Assembly: GCA_013265495.1 (NCBI GenBank)
Contig: MU058815.1
Coordinates: 814,523-878,522 of the forward strand
DNA length: 64,000 nucleotides
Source: Vicugna vicugna
Lineage: Eukaryota
Direction: 5' to 3'
Numbering within the stretch: the stretch's first letter is position 1; each line of letters opens with the position of its first letter. The notes below the pieces were generated by a model. The model saw nothing but the letters and a program-made list of their open reading frames with translations. It ran no database searches and was not told where the DNA came from. Shown in pieces: positions 39,449 to 52,899 of the stretch. Made by a program: the position numbers and the translations under genes.

Positions 39449-39929
39449 CCAAAGTATCTTTAATGAAAAGAATGCAATGCTTTCCAACTTTGCAACGCCT
39501 GGGGGAAAATGTTGAACATGGTTACTTAGCAAGGGTAGATATCCCTTCCCAGCAACATAATGTGTCTAAACTAAAACTAAAATGATTCAAAATCACGTCA
39601 AACCCTTTGGTAAATAATTCCCCAATGGTCATTAGTATTGGTAGGTTCCTGAAATGTGTTAAGTGCTTAAGTTTTGTTAAGACGACCAAATCATTAGGAT
39701 GCGTATGCTGGCATGAGTCACACGGCAAGCTGGAACCCGGAAGAGACAGTTCTCCTCATATGAAAACTTTCATTGTCCCCAAATGACTCTCAGAAACCAA
39801 GGAAGACTATTCTTAAGCAAAAGCAGTAAATGGCCTGCATCAAAGATGAAAGAAGGTGCAATGCTGCCTGGGGACTGTAGGTGGCAGTGTGCAGTGCAGC
39901 CTTGGGGGTGGGGGTCCGCTGGGGGCAGT

Positions 39930-40055
39930 TTCTTTTTTCTTTTTTTTATTGAAGTGCAGTCAATTTACAATGTTGCGTCAATTTCCGGTGTACAGCCTCA
40001 TGTTTCAGCCACACATCTACATACATATATTCCTTTTCATAGTCTTTTTCAGTGG
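39930..40055 (-). mobile_element. Short L1 3' end
   Basis: ttttattgaagtgcagtcaatttacaatgttg. Confidence 0.8.
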
Positions 40056-41466
40056 AGGTGACTATGAGATAACTCTGCTTGTTTGAGTTGTCCCCATGGC
40101 TCAAAGTCAGCAACGAATTGTTTGACATTTTGCTCTGCTTTTGTAAGTAGATTGAGCCAATGTATGATTTCTTGGAGACACTAAGTGATCTAACTCTCTT
40201 ATTCTTTTCCCTTCCTGGGAACAAATCCCCTAATATCTTTGGTTTTAAGTCCAAACCTAGACAGTAGTGTATGCGGCCCCTAATTACAAAAGCCAGAGCT
40301 GTGAGGTCTTTGCTGCCTAGCCGTTTTTGAGCTGCAGATAACAGAGTAAGTGATGTTGTCCAAGAAAAAGGAGCAGAAGGACCAGCAGCCGAGCAGCCTG
40401 CTAAGTGGGTTGCAGTTAGAACTGACCCCTTTCCGCGGCATTTTTACGTTAGATGGTCAGGGAGGGCTCACCATCACTCCTCTAACTAAATCCCCCTCCC
40501 AGGGTGTCAGTGTGAGAAACATGATGTTCAGCTTGGCCAGTAATTGGTCCTCACATGTCACGAGGATGCTGGGAGATTAATGAGACAATAAACAGGAAAC
40601 AATCCCAGATCTTTGCAGACAGGCACTTTATAAATTCCCATCCCTGGGAGGGGCCGTTGGTCCTCTCCTTGGCACTTAACCCATTGGTTCCATTATGGCT
40701 GGAGGTGTATGTCTTTCATGATCTTAGATACCTTTCCCAGGCCGTGCGTGCAGACTCGCATTTGTTTGTGTCCCCCGAAGTGTCAGTTGAATGTTTGGTG
40801 TATAAATGTAGAGCCAATTAAATCAGAGACACTGAAGATAACCCCAAAGGCTAACTTCTTCAGTCCTTTAGCATTTTACCTGATGTCAATTTATGTCAGC
40901 ATCACAGAAATAAACTTACTCCTCCGCTCCGGAAATGTTACACATCGTGAAAATCTAATTAGGTTTTCAGAAAGTAGCGTAAGTTTCTGAATTTCAGAAA
41001 GGCCTAAACCGTTTTGACTCTCATCCTAAATAGAATTGTGAGGGAACTAGTGGGAGACCCCAGGAATTCCCTTAGTGTCTCTCAGTCTCTTTGCTTTCTC
41101 TGACCAGGGGTTACATGACTGAACAATTGTTGGGCCTCCCAACCACATTAACTATAAGTGTCTGGCCAAACTGCATAGACATCTTCACATAAAATTGCAT
41201 CCTTTTGGAAAATTAAATACTGATATGAAATATCCATGTTTTGTTGGCTTGTAAATGATTTTATGGGGCTGCAAAGAGAGAAAATATGTTAAATCGGGTA
41301 TTAAATAGAGTGTTTTATTTTAGAGGTTTTTGGGCAAGATTTAAGTTTGTTTTTTTTTCATCGTAGAGGGGATTAAGATATGTGTGTATAAATGGTATGT
41401 CGGTGCTCAGTCACCTTGCTGTAAGATGCCTCTACTTTCCTAATTCCTGATATCAAAGCTGCACTA

Positions 41467-41635
41467 TAAAATAAATAAGCTACAAAGACATATTGCACAG
41501 CACAGGGAATATAACCAATATTTTATAATAATTTTCAGTGGAGTATAATCTATAAAATTTCTGAACCACTGTGTTGTCCTCCTGAAACCAATATAATATT
41601 GTAAATAAACAATACTTCAATTAAAAAAATTTTTT
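41467..41635 (+). mobile_element. Short L1 3' end
   Basis: cagcacagggaatataaccaata...cttcaattaaaaaaa. Degenerate TSD aaagctgcacta / aaagttgcatta. Confidence 0.82.
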
Positions 41636-42199
41636 AAAGTTGCATTAAATTTGGGATTTAATTCACGTGATGTGCCCTGCCAACAGCAAGTTTAAAGTTC
41701 CTGAATTTTGAGGTGTAAGTTCCTTCTAACTTCTGAAGTCTCTGATGTCACACGAGTGAGCAGAATCTTCCAGTGATAGCATGGCTGGTGTTGCTAAATT
41801 AAGACTGAAAAGGAGTAATCTTGCTGACTACTTCCAGTTAATTCTCAGAAACTTAAAAGGAGGTTTAGAAGAATTTTCAGTTTTACTTAATTATCTAAGA
41901 ATTGTATTTACTTTTTTTTTTTTCCATATAAGATGCTCTAATAGCCCTGGAGCGGGCAGGGAGCCACAGCCCCACCGTGGGAAATGCTTCTCTAAAGATC
42001 CCACTCCCTTCCAGGACTAGCACGGGGTGGGGCCGCCTTTTCCCACTGACTCTCATGGTGGGGCCTGATGCACACATTTGGCTCCTAAAGGCATCTCATC
42101 TCTGCAGGATCCCAAGTACCAGCTGTGACCTCCAGTGGGACTGTAGCTGGACATTGGGCCTCATGTGAGCATGGGCATAGTTGCGGACACTGGGCCCAG

Positions 42200-42545
42200 C
42201 AACGACACTGAATCAAAGCGATGAGAACAAACATCCTTCATTGTTCTTGATTGTAGGGGAAAGTCGTCAATACCTCACCATGAAGTGCATTTGCTGTAGG
42301 GTTTTTGCAGACGCTCTTTATCAGATTGAGGCCCTTTACAAGGTGAGGTTTGCTGAAAATTCTTTTTTTTAACCATGAATGGACGTTGAATATTGCTGAA
42401 TATTCTTCTGTATCTCATGAACTAATCATGTTTTCTTCTTCTTACTTAATCTCTTCATATGATAAATTATATATATATATTTTTTTTCTTTTTTCAAATA
42501 TAGACCCATGCTTGCAATCCTGGGATGAATCCCACTTGGTCATTT
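42200..42545 (-). mobile_element. L1 ORF2 (RT region) fragment
   Basis: tttgctgtagggtttttgcagacgctctttatcagattgagg...cctgggatgaatcccacttggtca. Confidence 0.75.
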
Positions 42546-42589
42546 TATCTTTATCTAAAAGAACTCCCCTCTGCCATTCTATCGCCTAA

Positions 42590-43385
42590 CCAAACTCTAG
42601 TTATTAAAATTGAAGCCCATGCTAGAAAAACAACCTGAGTGTCAGAGAACTGCTCTAGCAGACTTCCATGCTAAACCAGCCTGCACTAACGCTGTTCCAA
42701 TATGCAACCTGAATGAGCTCCGTAAGACTGACTCTAATCGAATTGTGTATGATAATTTATATAAAAGACAGAATGAGGCATCTGAGCTGGAGCAACAACG
42801 TTGTGACCAATGAGAATGCAAATGAGGACTCACTAAGGGCCTGGAGAGCTGCTTGGTTCTTCCTGAGTCCTTAAAAATGCCCCTACTGAAAGCTCCACAT
42901 GCCGGAGTTAACCATGGCCCAGAGCAAGTAATGCAAATTGTGAAAATGTACTGGTGGGGCACCTGCTCAAAGGTCACCAAAGTGGTTTACGACCAGTGCC
43001 TGGTTTGTCAAATCCATAAGCCTGGAAAGACTATTCAGGCATTAGATGGAGGATTCACACCACCTATTGGGCCACTGAACACTTACAAATGGATTGCAAC
43101 CAATTGCCTTCTGCAATCAATATGGTCTTGTAATTGTATGTTCTCAGAATGGACTGAAGCCTCTCCATGCAGAAAGGCGGGCACCACAACTACGGCTAAG
43201 AAACTTCTAGAAAATGTATTTATTATGGGATGTCCCCAGTGAAGTCTCCAGTGATAAAGGGAACTCGTGTCACTGGACAAAAATATTTAAGCAAAAAGGT
43301 GCTGCTGACACAATGGTATTACCACTGTCCAGGCCACCCTCAGTCATCTGATAGAGCGAAAGGACAAATGGCAGCATTCTTCAAA
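42590..43385 (+). pseudogene. Degraded endogenous retroviral pol fragment (RNase H end plus integrase)
   Basis: HHCC zinc-finger (PHAGVNHG...CLVC), HLQMD in a shifted frame, FSEWTEASPCRKA, AKKLLE, SDKGT, HCPGHPQSS. Multiple frameshifts and stops. Confidence 0.85.
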
Positions 43386-43889
43386 ACACTGAGACTCTTT
43401 GGGGGCAAAAATGGCAAAATGGACGGAAGAAGTGTAGCTTGGCAATTGAGTGGAAAAGGGAAAAAAAACAGCAAAAGAGGGACATTTAGAGTTTTACAAA
43501 ACAAAAGAAAACCAAAGAAATTAAGGCCACTCAATATTTCTCCCCACCAAAAACAACAACAAAAAAAAAAACCCACCAAAAAAAAAAAATTCACTGAAGT
43601 ATCTGGACTTGGCTATACTGACAGATTAAGAAGCCTTTAAATTAAGAATCTTGTAAAACATCCCAAAGCCACAGAATCAGCAAGGAAAAGATTAATTAAT
43701 CCATGCAGAGTTAGTGCAAAGTAATTAGAAAACAAAATTCAGTGCAGATCAATGGAAGAAAATCTCTCCTTTACAGACACAATAATGGGGAGAACAGAGC
43801 TGTAAGGTCACATTGTACATGGAAATGCATATGCGTAAGCAAGCATCGAGGTGTATTTAAAAAAAGACTTGAATCAGAAATTCAAAAAC

Positions 43890-43946
43890 AATTTGACACA
43901 ATATTGTAAAATGACTATAACTCAATAAAAAAAAGTTTAAAAAAAG
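43890..43946 (+). mobile_element. Very short young L1 3' end
   Basis: aatttgacacaatattgtaaaatgactataactcaataaaa matches 54601-54640 and the reverse complement of ~39115-39152. Confidence 0.8.
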
Positions 43947-44199
43947 AGAAAATGGAAGAAAATGGTTGAAAAATACAATTCTGTTATTTGAAATGATTGA
44001 GAAACGAGGTATTTAAATAAATCACATTTTGACTTATTAAAAAAACAGGAAATTCCAAAACAAAAAACAGAAATGAACAAAAACCAAAGCAAGGAAAAAA
44101 GAGTTGATAAAAAATCAGGAAAGAAATGAAGTGAAAAACAAATTTACTTACATTTGGTAGACAAAGAACATAGAAATAAGAAATAATATGATAAAAAAT

Positions 44200-45350
44200 T
44201 GTAAAAATGTTATGACAACATTAAGATTAAGCATGTCTTATCAATAAATATAAATGGACTTAACTATTAAAAGGAAAAAAAAAGTATTTCCAATTTGGCT
44301 CATAAAGAGCCAGTTATACGCTCTATGCAAAGATAACTAAAAACAAAATAATGAACAAAATTATACAAAATACAAGGAAGCAGAGAGAGCAATTAACCTA
44401 CCAGACAATGTAGAATTCAAGCCAAAAACCACTAAATGTAACAAAGAAGCATACTTTTCTCCTACTAAAAGCCACAGTTTGCAAAAAAAAATGCTAATAA
44501 ATATTATGTATCAAATAATATGGCAAACGCCATTATAAGGCAGAAACTTCAGGAAACGGAAGGAAACATGGACAGAAACACGGGACCTTATTACACTACT
44601 CCCAGTACAAGGCGGACCCGAGGACAAGCAGTAGATGGGAAGACAGAAGGTCTGCACCACACCCTCAGTATGGGAGCTCTCATGGGTACACGTAGAATTC
44701 TACACCCTAATAATGACATGCTCTTGTTTCCCACACACCATGACATACTCAAAGAAATGAACCACGTATTAGGCGAATTCTAATCTGCAATAAAAGCAAT
44801 AAAACTAGGAATTACAAGCAAAACAGAACACACGAACGTCCTTCCACGTGGAAATTAACGCATCTCATGTTGAACAAACTTTAGGTGAAAGGAATACTAT
44901 AAACTGAAATTACAGAATCTTCTAAAAAAAAACAACAACAAAATGAGAACAGCGTATACAAGAAAGCAATGAGCAGGGAGACATTAATAACACTGAAACA
45001 CTTTCAGCGTTAACATTTAAATAATGAAAGTAATAAATCCCCAGTTCAAATAAATTAGATAGAAACAATAAAATAAATCACAGAAAGCATGAGGAAAGAG
45101 ATAAAAATGAAAGTAAAAATTAATGGCATGGAGAACATAAAATAGCAGACTTTAAGAGAGAAAAACTCTGAGGTTTTAAAACATTCAAAAATAGACAAAT
45201 TACTAGCCACTTTGATGAAGACAGGGAGAAAACCCAAGTATGCAAAATAAGAAATGATAAAGGCATCACCACTGAGACGTTTTATAATATCACCAGAGAG
45301 TGCTTTGCAGACCTGTACAAAAATTAACTTAAAAATCTGGTTGGAATGGT
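44200..45350 (+). mobile_element. Highly degraded L1 ORF2 (endonuclease region onward)
   Basis: A-rich; aatataaatggacttaact, gtagaattcaagccaaaaa, aaaatagacaaattactagcc. Confidence 0.7.
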
Positions 45351-47126
45351 TAAGCTTCCCCCTCATATGATTTTCTGGAAAAAAAAAAGTTATTCTATTA
45401 AAAGCATCAATTCCTCTTGGATCCAAATTCTCCCAAGGAAAGCTCTGGGAGTCAAGCTACAGACAGGTGCCAAAGCGCTCCTCCAGGTCTAAGGGGCTTC
45501 CTTGGAGAAAAGGGGGGTCTTCTTGTTCTTCAAATAATTAGACTGACATGATAATAGTGCCATGTACGTTCGGTTTGGTCACCGTCTCATTTGTTGGAAG
45601 TCTGCTGGAGTCCTCCCGAGGGAAAGGAAATAAGGCACCGCGGGAGGGCATTGCCACACCATGCTGCATTTTTTTAAAGGCTGCTTGATTTTTTTATAGA
45701 GACAGAACTAAACTGAATTCCAATGCTGTGGAGGCTGGCAGGACTCCGTGTTCTGTTCTTCAAATAGTTTTGAATATCAATGAAGGATTATGTATTAAAC
45801 TGTCTGATGGGCTGTTTTATACCTCTGAGCAGGGAGTGCAGCCAGGAAGAGTTTAAGTAAATGTATTCATAGACGTAGGGGGTATAAGAGTTGTGACTAC
45901 CAGTGAAGGAGCCCCTTCTGATTAGCTGTCGTTGACCCATCTGGGCGCTGAGGGGCACCCAGGAGCAGACACACAAAATGACTAGGCGGCCATTGCCTGC
46001 ACCCAATACCAGTAGACATCCTGGTAATGTACGCCCAGGATGAATATTTCTCTTCATTGAAACATGCCCTGTCAAACTTTACGAACACAAAAGAATGATC
46101 AGCGTTCAAACAGCAATGAGTCATCTCCCAGAATAGCTCGCTCGTACCCTCTGCTCCCAAATGTCAGCAGAATGAGGTGTCAGAAGGATCCCACGTGAAC
46201 GATTGGTACCCGCAGCTGGAGGCAGCGTTCACTTTTACAGTTAATTCATAAATAGAATGGGTTTGGAGAAAAGCAGAGGGGTGGATGTCATGGACAATCA
46301 GGGAAACTTAAAAAGGTGGCCTTTGCGGTCCACGAACGGAGCCCCGATCACATTCCTGCAGCTGGCGCCGGAGAGCTCTGTGTCTTGCTTTTCGCCGTCC
46401 GGACACAGGCCAAGCCTCTGACGCTCGTGCCCTTCTCCCCTCCAGCCAGCACGGAGAGTCGTATTGGCAAGCAGGGTGAAACCAGAACAGCGCGCTAGCT
46501 CTGGCTTGACTGAGGGACGTTGTCTCCTGGGACATCTGTCTCCTACGAGCTTTGAAGCACATTAAGTAAGCGAGAAGATTAATGAAAAATTTCAAGACTC
46601 GTCTAAGCTACCCAGCCAAGTCAGATCCTTCTGGGGGGGAGCTGTCTGTTAAAACAGCACATCCCTCACGGCCGACCGTCTAACTCAGCAGCCTCCATGT
46701 CCACTTCAGCTCAACTTCAGGCTGAACCACTGGAATCTCACCATCACTCGCAGACGCTTCTGTGGACTGAAGCTTCCTGTCCCTCTCAAGCTGTTTTCCA
46801 CTAATCAGCGTCCAACCCCTTTTTACCCTTGGCCCCTCGGAGGTCTCTCTGTTTCCCTCCGCTCTTTACTCCCTGTGATCATGGCCAGTCTGGACCATGG
46901 CAGCCAAGTCTTGTCTCCTCCTGGAATTGCTCATCTGTTGACTTCTAGCCATTTCTATCCTCACCGTCCCCAGTCCTGAGTGAACCCTATTGCTCGCCTC
47001 TACATGGTTCTGGGGAAGAAAACTCCCTAAATATATAAACAAACTGTAGCAAACTAGGTCCTCTAATCGATCATTTCTAGTATCATTTGTCCCCACAGTC
47101 TTGTTCAGTATATAAAAGTCAACCTG

Positions 47127-47249
47127 GTAGGAACCTATAATGAAAAAGAACATGAAAACAATTATATGTATGTATACGTGTGATTGAAACATTATGCGGT
47201 ACACCAGAAATGGACACATCATAACTGACCATGCTTCAATTAAAAGAAA
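47127..47249 (+). mobile_element. Short young L1 3' end
   Basis: Perfect TSD aaaagtcaacctg at 47114-47126 and 47250-47262. Confidence 0.88.
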
Positions 47250-48718
47250 AAAAGTCAACCTGTGTCTTTGAATTCCCTATCACATTTTCCATAGTAACTC
47301 CAATCACAATGTCTTCATATCCTCCTATTCAGTGGTCACCTTCCTGGCTCTCAGGAGATTTCCTAAGGTGAGCATGGCCCCAAACTGAGTTTCCTCAAAT
47401 TCCCAACTTCAGAATTGTCGTATGTTCTTTTTTTTCTTTATCAGCCCTTTTCATGAGGATGGTCCCCAAGAATAACACTTGCTCTTTTCCACAGTTCTTT
47501 CACCCCATTTCCTCCTGTCAACTATAAAAACTTGCTCCATCCATTTCCCCAAATAACCTGCATGTTACGTCCCTGTTCCTCTGTTGACTCCTTCACTCAG
47601 CCTTGAAACAAATCACTTGCCTGTACAACACAGGTCTCCATTACCAGATAATGATGCCTTATGTCCACCTCGAAAAACAGAAGAGCTTGAGGTTAACCGC
47701 CTTCAGCAAGGTTTTTACACAGAGTTTTAATATTATGTGAACTTGAAGATTGATAATCCTTATATGATTGATATAACTCTCTGTTAATCATGAGGGCAGA
47801 AGAAACTGTCCTTGGTTATCCTGGGAAAATATAAATTTCTAACAGATACTCAATTTTAATACAAAATTCCTGGGGTAGGTATTATTCAGGCTGTGAAGCT
47901 GTTTATCACCAAATGATGTATAATGCTCATTTACTTGTCATTTCAAAAATACGACTTGCTGTTTCAGGAGTAAATATTTTAAAGTACAAGTTACATATTC
48001 TGTTTGCTAATTTAATACAAATTTCTTTAGTTTTAAGTCATAATGGTCATGCAATGAGAAACATCAAAAATTGGATTTTCCCAGAGAATGCATAGCTTAA
48101 AAAATGCAAACCTGGAAGAATTAATATTATTTAACTTACCAGGATAATGAATCTTTCCTCAAGAAATATATATTTGTGTTTTTAAAAGTTAAACTTTAAA
48201 GTTAAATGTCTCATTCTTAGCAAGGAATATACACAGTAACATTTGCATTTATATAATGGTAAACTTTTTAAAATCAGTAAAAACTCATTTCTTAGGTTAT
48301 TTTTCAACTAATGTGAATTTATTGACTGGAATGCAAACTGATGGGTGATATTCCCCTTAAAACGTTTCTGTTTTTAATTAGCAATTCTAATTTTTCTTTT
48401 TCACTTTTATTCTCCTTTCTCATCCCACTATTATTCAAATTTCTTAGGTTAGTAGAAAGTGTTTTTTTTTTTTTAAATACTCTTTCTGCACTTAATTGTT
48501 AAATCCAGGAGAACTATCCCTTGTTCTCTTTATTTCAGTGACTATAGGTTTTTACTGTTGAGATTTTACTATAGGTTAAAAGATGAATAAAAGAAGCTTT
48601 TAACATTATGGTTAGGGTTAGGGTCTCCCCTGTGTTTTGGGGATAAGCGTTTCCCCTAGGACTGTACAATTTTCTGCATAGCTGTAATGATTCCCAAATC
48701 TGAATAAGAATTGAGTCG

Positions 48719-49620
48719 CATGGAATTTATGAGACTTTTTTTTCTATATTTTTAAAATATAGAAAAATCTAAAGATGAATTTTTGAAAATGTATTTTAGC
48801 TGTTTGAAAAACTCTAATTTAAGTTGACCAATTAAAGTAATTCTGTATAACCTACAGCATTTGTGTTCCAATTCCATTTGCAGTGTTCAGGAATACATGT
48901 GTGTGTGTGTGTGTGTAACATGTGTCTATAGGTGCAAGTTTACTTCCAGATGTACCCCCAAATGATCCCAGTGAGGGGTGAGGCACGGAACCAAGACCCA
49001 GTGTGGGACACAGCAGGTGCCTGGCAGAGCCGAGCAACCTGGGCACCTAGGATAGAAAGGGGCACCGGACGGATTTCTCTCCTGAGGCACAGAGACAAAG
49101 CAACAGTCATCCGTAGGCTGATGGGTGCAACAAACACGACTACTCTAATCACCTGAGCTTGGGACCAAGACATGGAATTCGTGAGACTTTTTTTCTATAT
49201 TTTTAAAATATAGAAAAATCTAAAGATGAATTTTTGAAAATGTATTTTAGCTGTTTGAAAAACTCTAATTTAAGTTGACCAATTAAAGTAATTCTGTATA
49301 ACCTACAGCATTTGTGTTCCAATTCCATTTGCAGTGTTCAGGAATACATGTGTGTGTGTGTGTGTGTAACATGTGTCTATAGGTGCAAGTTTACTTCCAG
49401 ATGTACCCCCAAATGATCCCAGTGAGGGGTGAGGCACGGAACCAAGACCCAGTGTGGGACACAGCAGGTGCCTGGCAGAGCCGAGCAACCTGGGCACCTA
49501 GGATAGAAAGGGGCACCGGACGGATTTCTCTCCTGAGGCACAGAGACAAAGCAACAGTCATCCGTAGGCTGATGGGTGCAACAAACACGACTACTCTAAT
49601 CACCTGAGCTTGGGACCAAG
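48719..49620 (+). repeat. Near-perfect tandem duplication, units 48719-49169 and 49171-49620
   Basis: Identical ORFs offset by 451 bp. The only differences I see are ta/cg and T8/T7 in the first 25 bp. Confidence 0.97.
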
Positions 49621-51109
49621 TGGCCCTCTCTGGGTAGTTTGAGAAACAAATTTCAATCTTGCTCTTTTAGGTGATTTGCAAAATTGTTAAGGGGAGGAAG
49701 AGTTCCTCCAAAAGAAGATGGTTCTGGGGCCACCTGGTGAACTTCAGGGCCCAATGACCCCCCCATTCCAGGGCTCTCAGATGTCCACCTGCAAGCCCGC
49801 AAAATAACAAAGCACATCTTTTTCCGACGCGTGTTTGCGCCAGCAGAATTAACAGCCCTGGGAAATGGCGAACCTCACAATAGCTCAGGCTGACTTGTCT
49901 CAGCCCACACGTGCTCCTTATCAGAGTCGCAAATCCCACTGTCCCTTCATGGACCCGAACTCTCCTACCTTCCCCACAACCAATCAGAATCTTGTACACG
50001 AGCTGATCCCACAGCTCCCAAGCCATTGTGTTCGCCAAACTCTTCCCCATAAAAGACCCTGAGCCTTCGCCTTCGGGGCACACACAGGCAGTGTACCTAA
50101 CAAACTCCTTTTCTATTTTCATCCTTTTTCTCTGGCAAATTCTTTTACCACCCTCAGGCCAGCCTGCCATGTCCCACAACAGTGATGGCATAATAGGAAA
50201 GAGCCCAAGAGGAGTGCTCTGGGCGTCTGGGACAGACTCTCTCATATGACTTGAGTCACCATCCGCAGAACATGAAAGCCAAAAGAAGGCAATGCTGGAC
50301 CCCTGTTAATGTGCAGTGTGCACTGATAGTGAGAGAAACAGTCACTTCAGATCGTGAGACACTGGTTAAATGGCTTTGACGCGGTCTGCTGACTTTCCCT
50401 CCATCTGGTGTCCAGGTCTCAGCCAGACTCTGACCAAGTGACCTTCCTGTGACAGGCAGTGGCCGGGCCGTCCCTGCCCCACACCCTGGCCATCCTGCTA
50501 GTGCTACTGAACTTTGTCTGCACCCCTCAGAGTCCATCACTCTTTCCACCTATTTCACTCTATTTATGAAGCCGAGGCATGGTGATTTATTTTCTCCTTC
50601 CACATGCATTAATAATAATGAGCCCTTTACATATTTATTAAGTCAGACACTTTTTTGAGTTAGAAAGGATTATGAATGGTGCAAACCTGTCACAGATTGA
50701 TATCAAGGCAGAAAGGATCCTGAATATTTCATAACTTAAAATTTCTTTCAATAGGGAGGAAATAATATTCTTCAAATATATTTATCAATATAAGGAACTA
50801 GAAATGGCAATGACATATTTCCTCATTTTACTTTCAAGCAGCCATTTTCAATAGATTTTATTAGTTTTACTATAAAAATATGATAATTATACATCATAAA
50901 AATATAATGGAATATGAAATATAATATTGAGGATATGGACTCACTATAGAGAAGACGGTACATCAGAAGTGACTTTTCCAGTCTTTCTCTACACCCAACA
51001 CCCCAGCCATGTCCCACTCACACACAAACAGCCACACCCACTCACACCCAACAGCATCATATTGACACATCTCTTGCTTTATTTATTTGTTTGTTTGTTT
51101 GTTTGTTTA

Positions 51110-51497
51110 TTAACTTAAACAACAGAAATTTATTCTCTGACAACCCTGGAGGCTAGAAGTCAGTAGGACGAGTTCCTTCCAAGTCTGCGAGAGGAAATTT
51201 GTTCCAAGTTTCTCTCTTAGCTCCTGGTGATTTGCTAGCAACTTTTGGTGTCCCTTGGCTTGCCGACACACGAGCCGTATCACTGCCTTCATGTTCGCAT
51301 GGCATTCTCCCTTTGTGTATGTCTGTTTCTGTGTCCAAATTCCCTTTTTATTGGGGCACAAGTCATATTGATTTAGGGTCCCACCCTTCTCCCCTATGAC
51401 CTCATCTTAACTATATCTGCAATGTCATATGGGTACCAAGAGTTAGGACGTCAGCGTCTCTTTCGTTGGGTGGGAGACGTGATTCAACATATAATAC
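51110..51497 (-). mobile_element. MaLR solo LTR (MLT1-like)
   Basis: ttaaacaacagaaatttattctct...tatgacctcatcttaact. Confidence 0.82.
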
Positions 51498-52329
51498 TTA
51501 TGTTACTTTTAAGGAGAGAATAGAGCTGGTGAACAATGCATCACCGAGCTGACCTGAGTAGCCGGGGCACTGAGCACAGGTGGGCAGACTTCTCCCAGAT
51601 GTAGCAATCAGTCCTCCTTGGAAAATGGTCAGAGCACATGTGGTAGTGGAAGCAGGCAAATGCTGTCATGTGTGGTGACCATGGCACTCGGGACAAGAAG
51701 TCTCCTGAATGTACAACCTAAGGTAAAATCTTAGCCATGACAATCCCTAATCAAGTGGGCAAAAAACTTCTACTTGAACTTGATCTCCTGAACTTCACTT
51801 GAGGAAGTCCGTGGCTGTGACCAACTCTATTTAAAGCATGAATATGCATATGTGTGTTATTTATGTGTGCATGTGTGTGTGGGGATGTACGTAGATACAC
51901 AGACATATGACGATACGTCTGCGTACACACCTGTATCTTTACACGTGATTTCTTTCTGTTCTTGAATATTCATTGATCTCTAATTGCTGCATTTTTACTC
52001 ATGATGATATTGGCTCCAGTCCTCTTCCAACTGGCCATGGCAGGGTTGGCTGTCTTGCAGTTCCAACATAAAAGTGTTTGACTACTGGCAATGTTTTTGG
52101 TTATTGACAAGGTTTGGGTTTAAGAAAAATTCAGGAGTCAGGGTAAGAAAGCCCTGAATTGTAGAGAGTTTAGACTGCGGGACACAGAGATAGGCCACAC
52201 ATGACTGCAGTTTGCAGCTTGCTCTTAGTACCTCAAATTCTCCTTTCTGGCTCTTTTATGAAGTTATTCATAAAGTAGCATCTTCTCTCCCACCTATCAT
52301 AGTATAGGCAGGCCTTTAAAAAGGTTAAT

Positions 52330-52670
52330 AAACTTTACTTTTTAGAGTAGTTTTAGGTTCAGAGCAAAATTGAGCAGAAAGCACAGAGATTTCTCACATA
52401 CTCCCTGACCCTACACACACACAGCCTTCCCTGCCATCAATATCACGCACCCGAGTCGGACATTTGTGACAATCAATGAACCTACATTAACGTATTTTAA
52501 TCACCCAAAATCCACAGTTCACATTAGGATTTACTTTTGCTGTTATACATTCTATGGATTTGGACAAATGTTTATTGACACATATCCACCATTGTAATAT
52601 CATACAGAACAGTTTCAGTGCCCTAAAAATTCTCTGTATTCTGCTTATTGATCCCTCCATCTCCCCTTTT
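52330..52670 (-). mobile_element. L1 3' end (same type as 9550-10690)
   Basis: ttttaggttcagagcaaaattgagcagaaag...ggatttggacaaatg. Confidence 0.82.
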
Positions 52671-52899
52671 TCCATCTTTCCCTACATCCATCCCCACCGT
52701 GAAGGTAATTCAGCCATTTCCTACTTGCATCCAAACTGACACGCTCACTCATGTATTAATGGAATCATATTATATGTGATATTTCTTACCTTGTTTTTTA
52801 TACTTAATAATCTATAATGGAAATATTTTCACATACATACAATTTTTAAAAATATTAACCTTAAAAAAATCCAGCAGACTTTCAGTGAACCTTCCTTCC

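Noticed and set aside
48612..48623. Two TTAGGG telomeric units near the tandem duplication
   Set aside because: Two units are within chance expectation and lie about 100 bp from the breakpoint.
49667..50245. 192-aa minus-strand ORF
   Set aside because: No recognisable domain or exon structure; compatible with a chance ORF.
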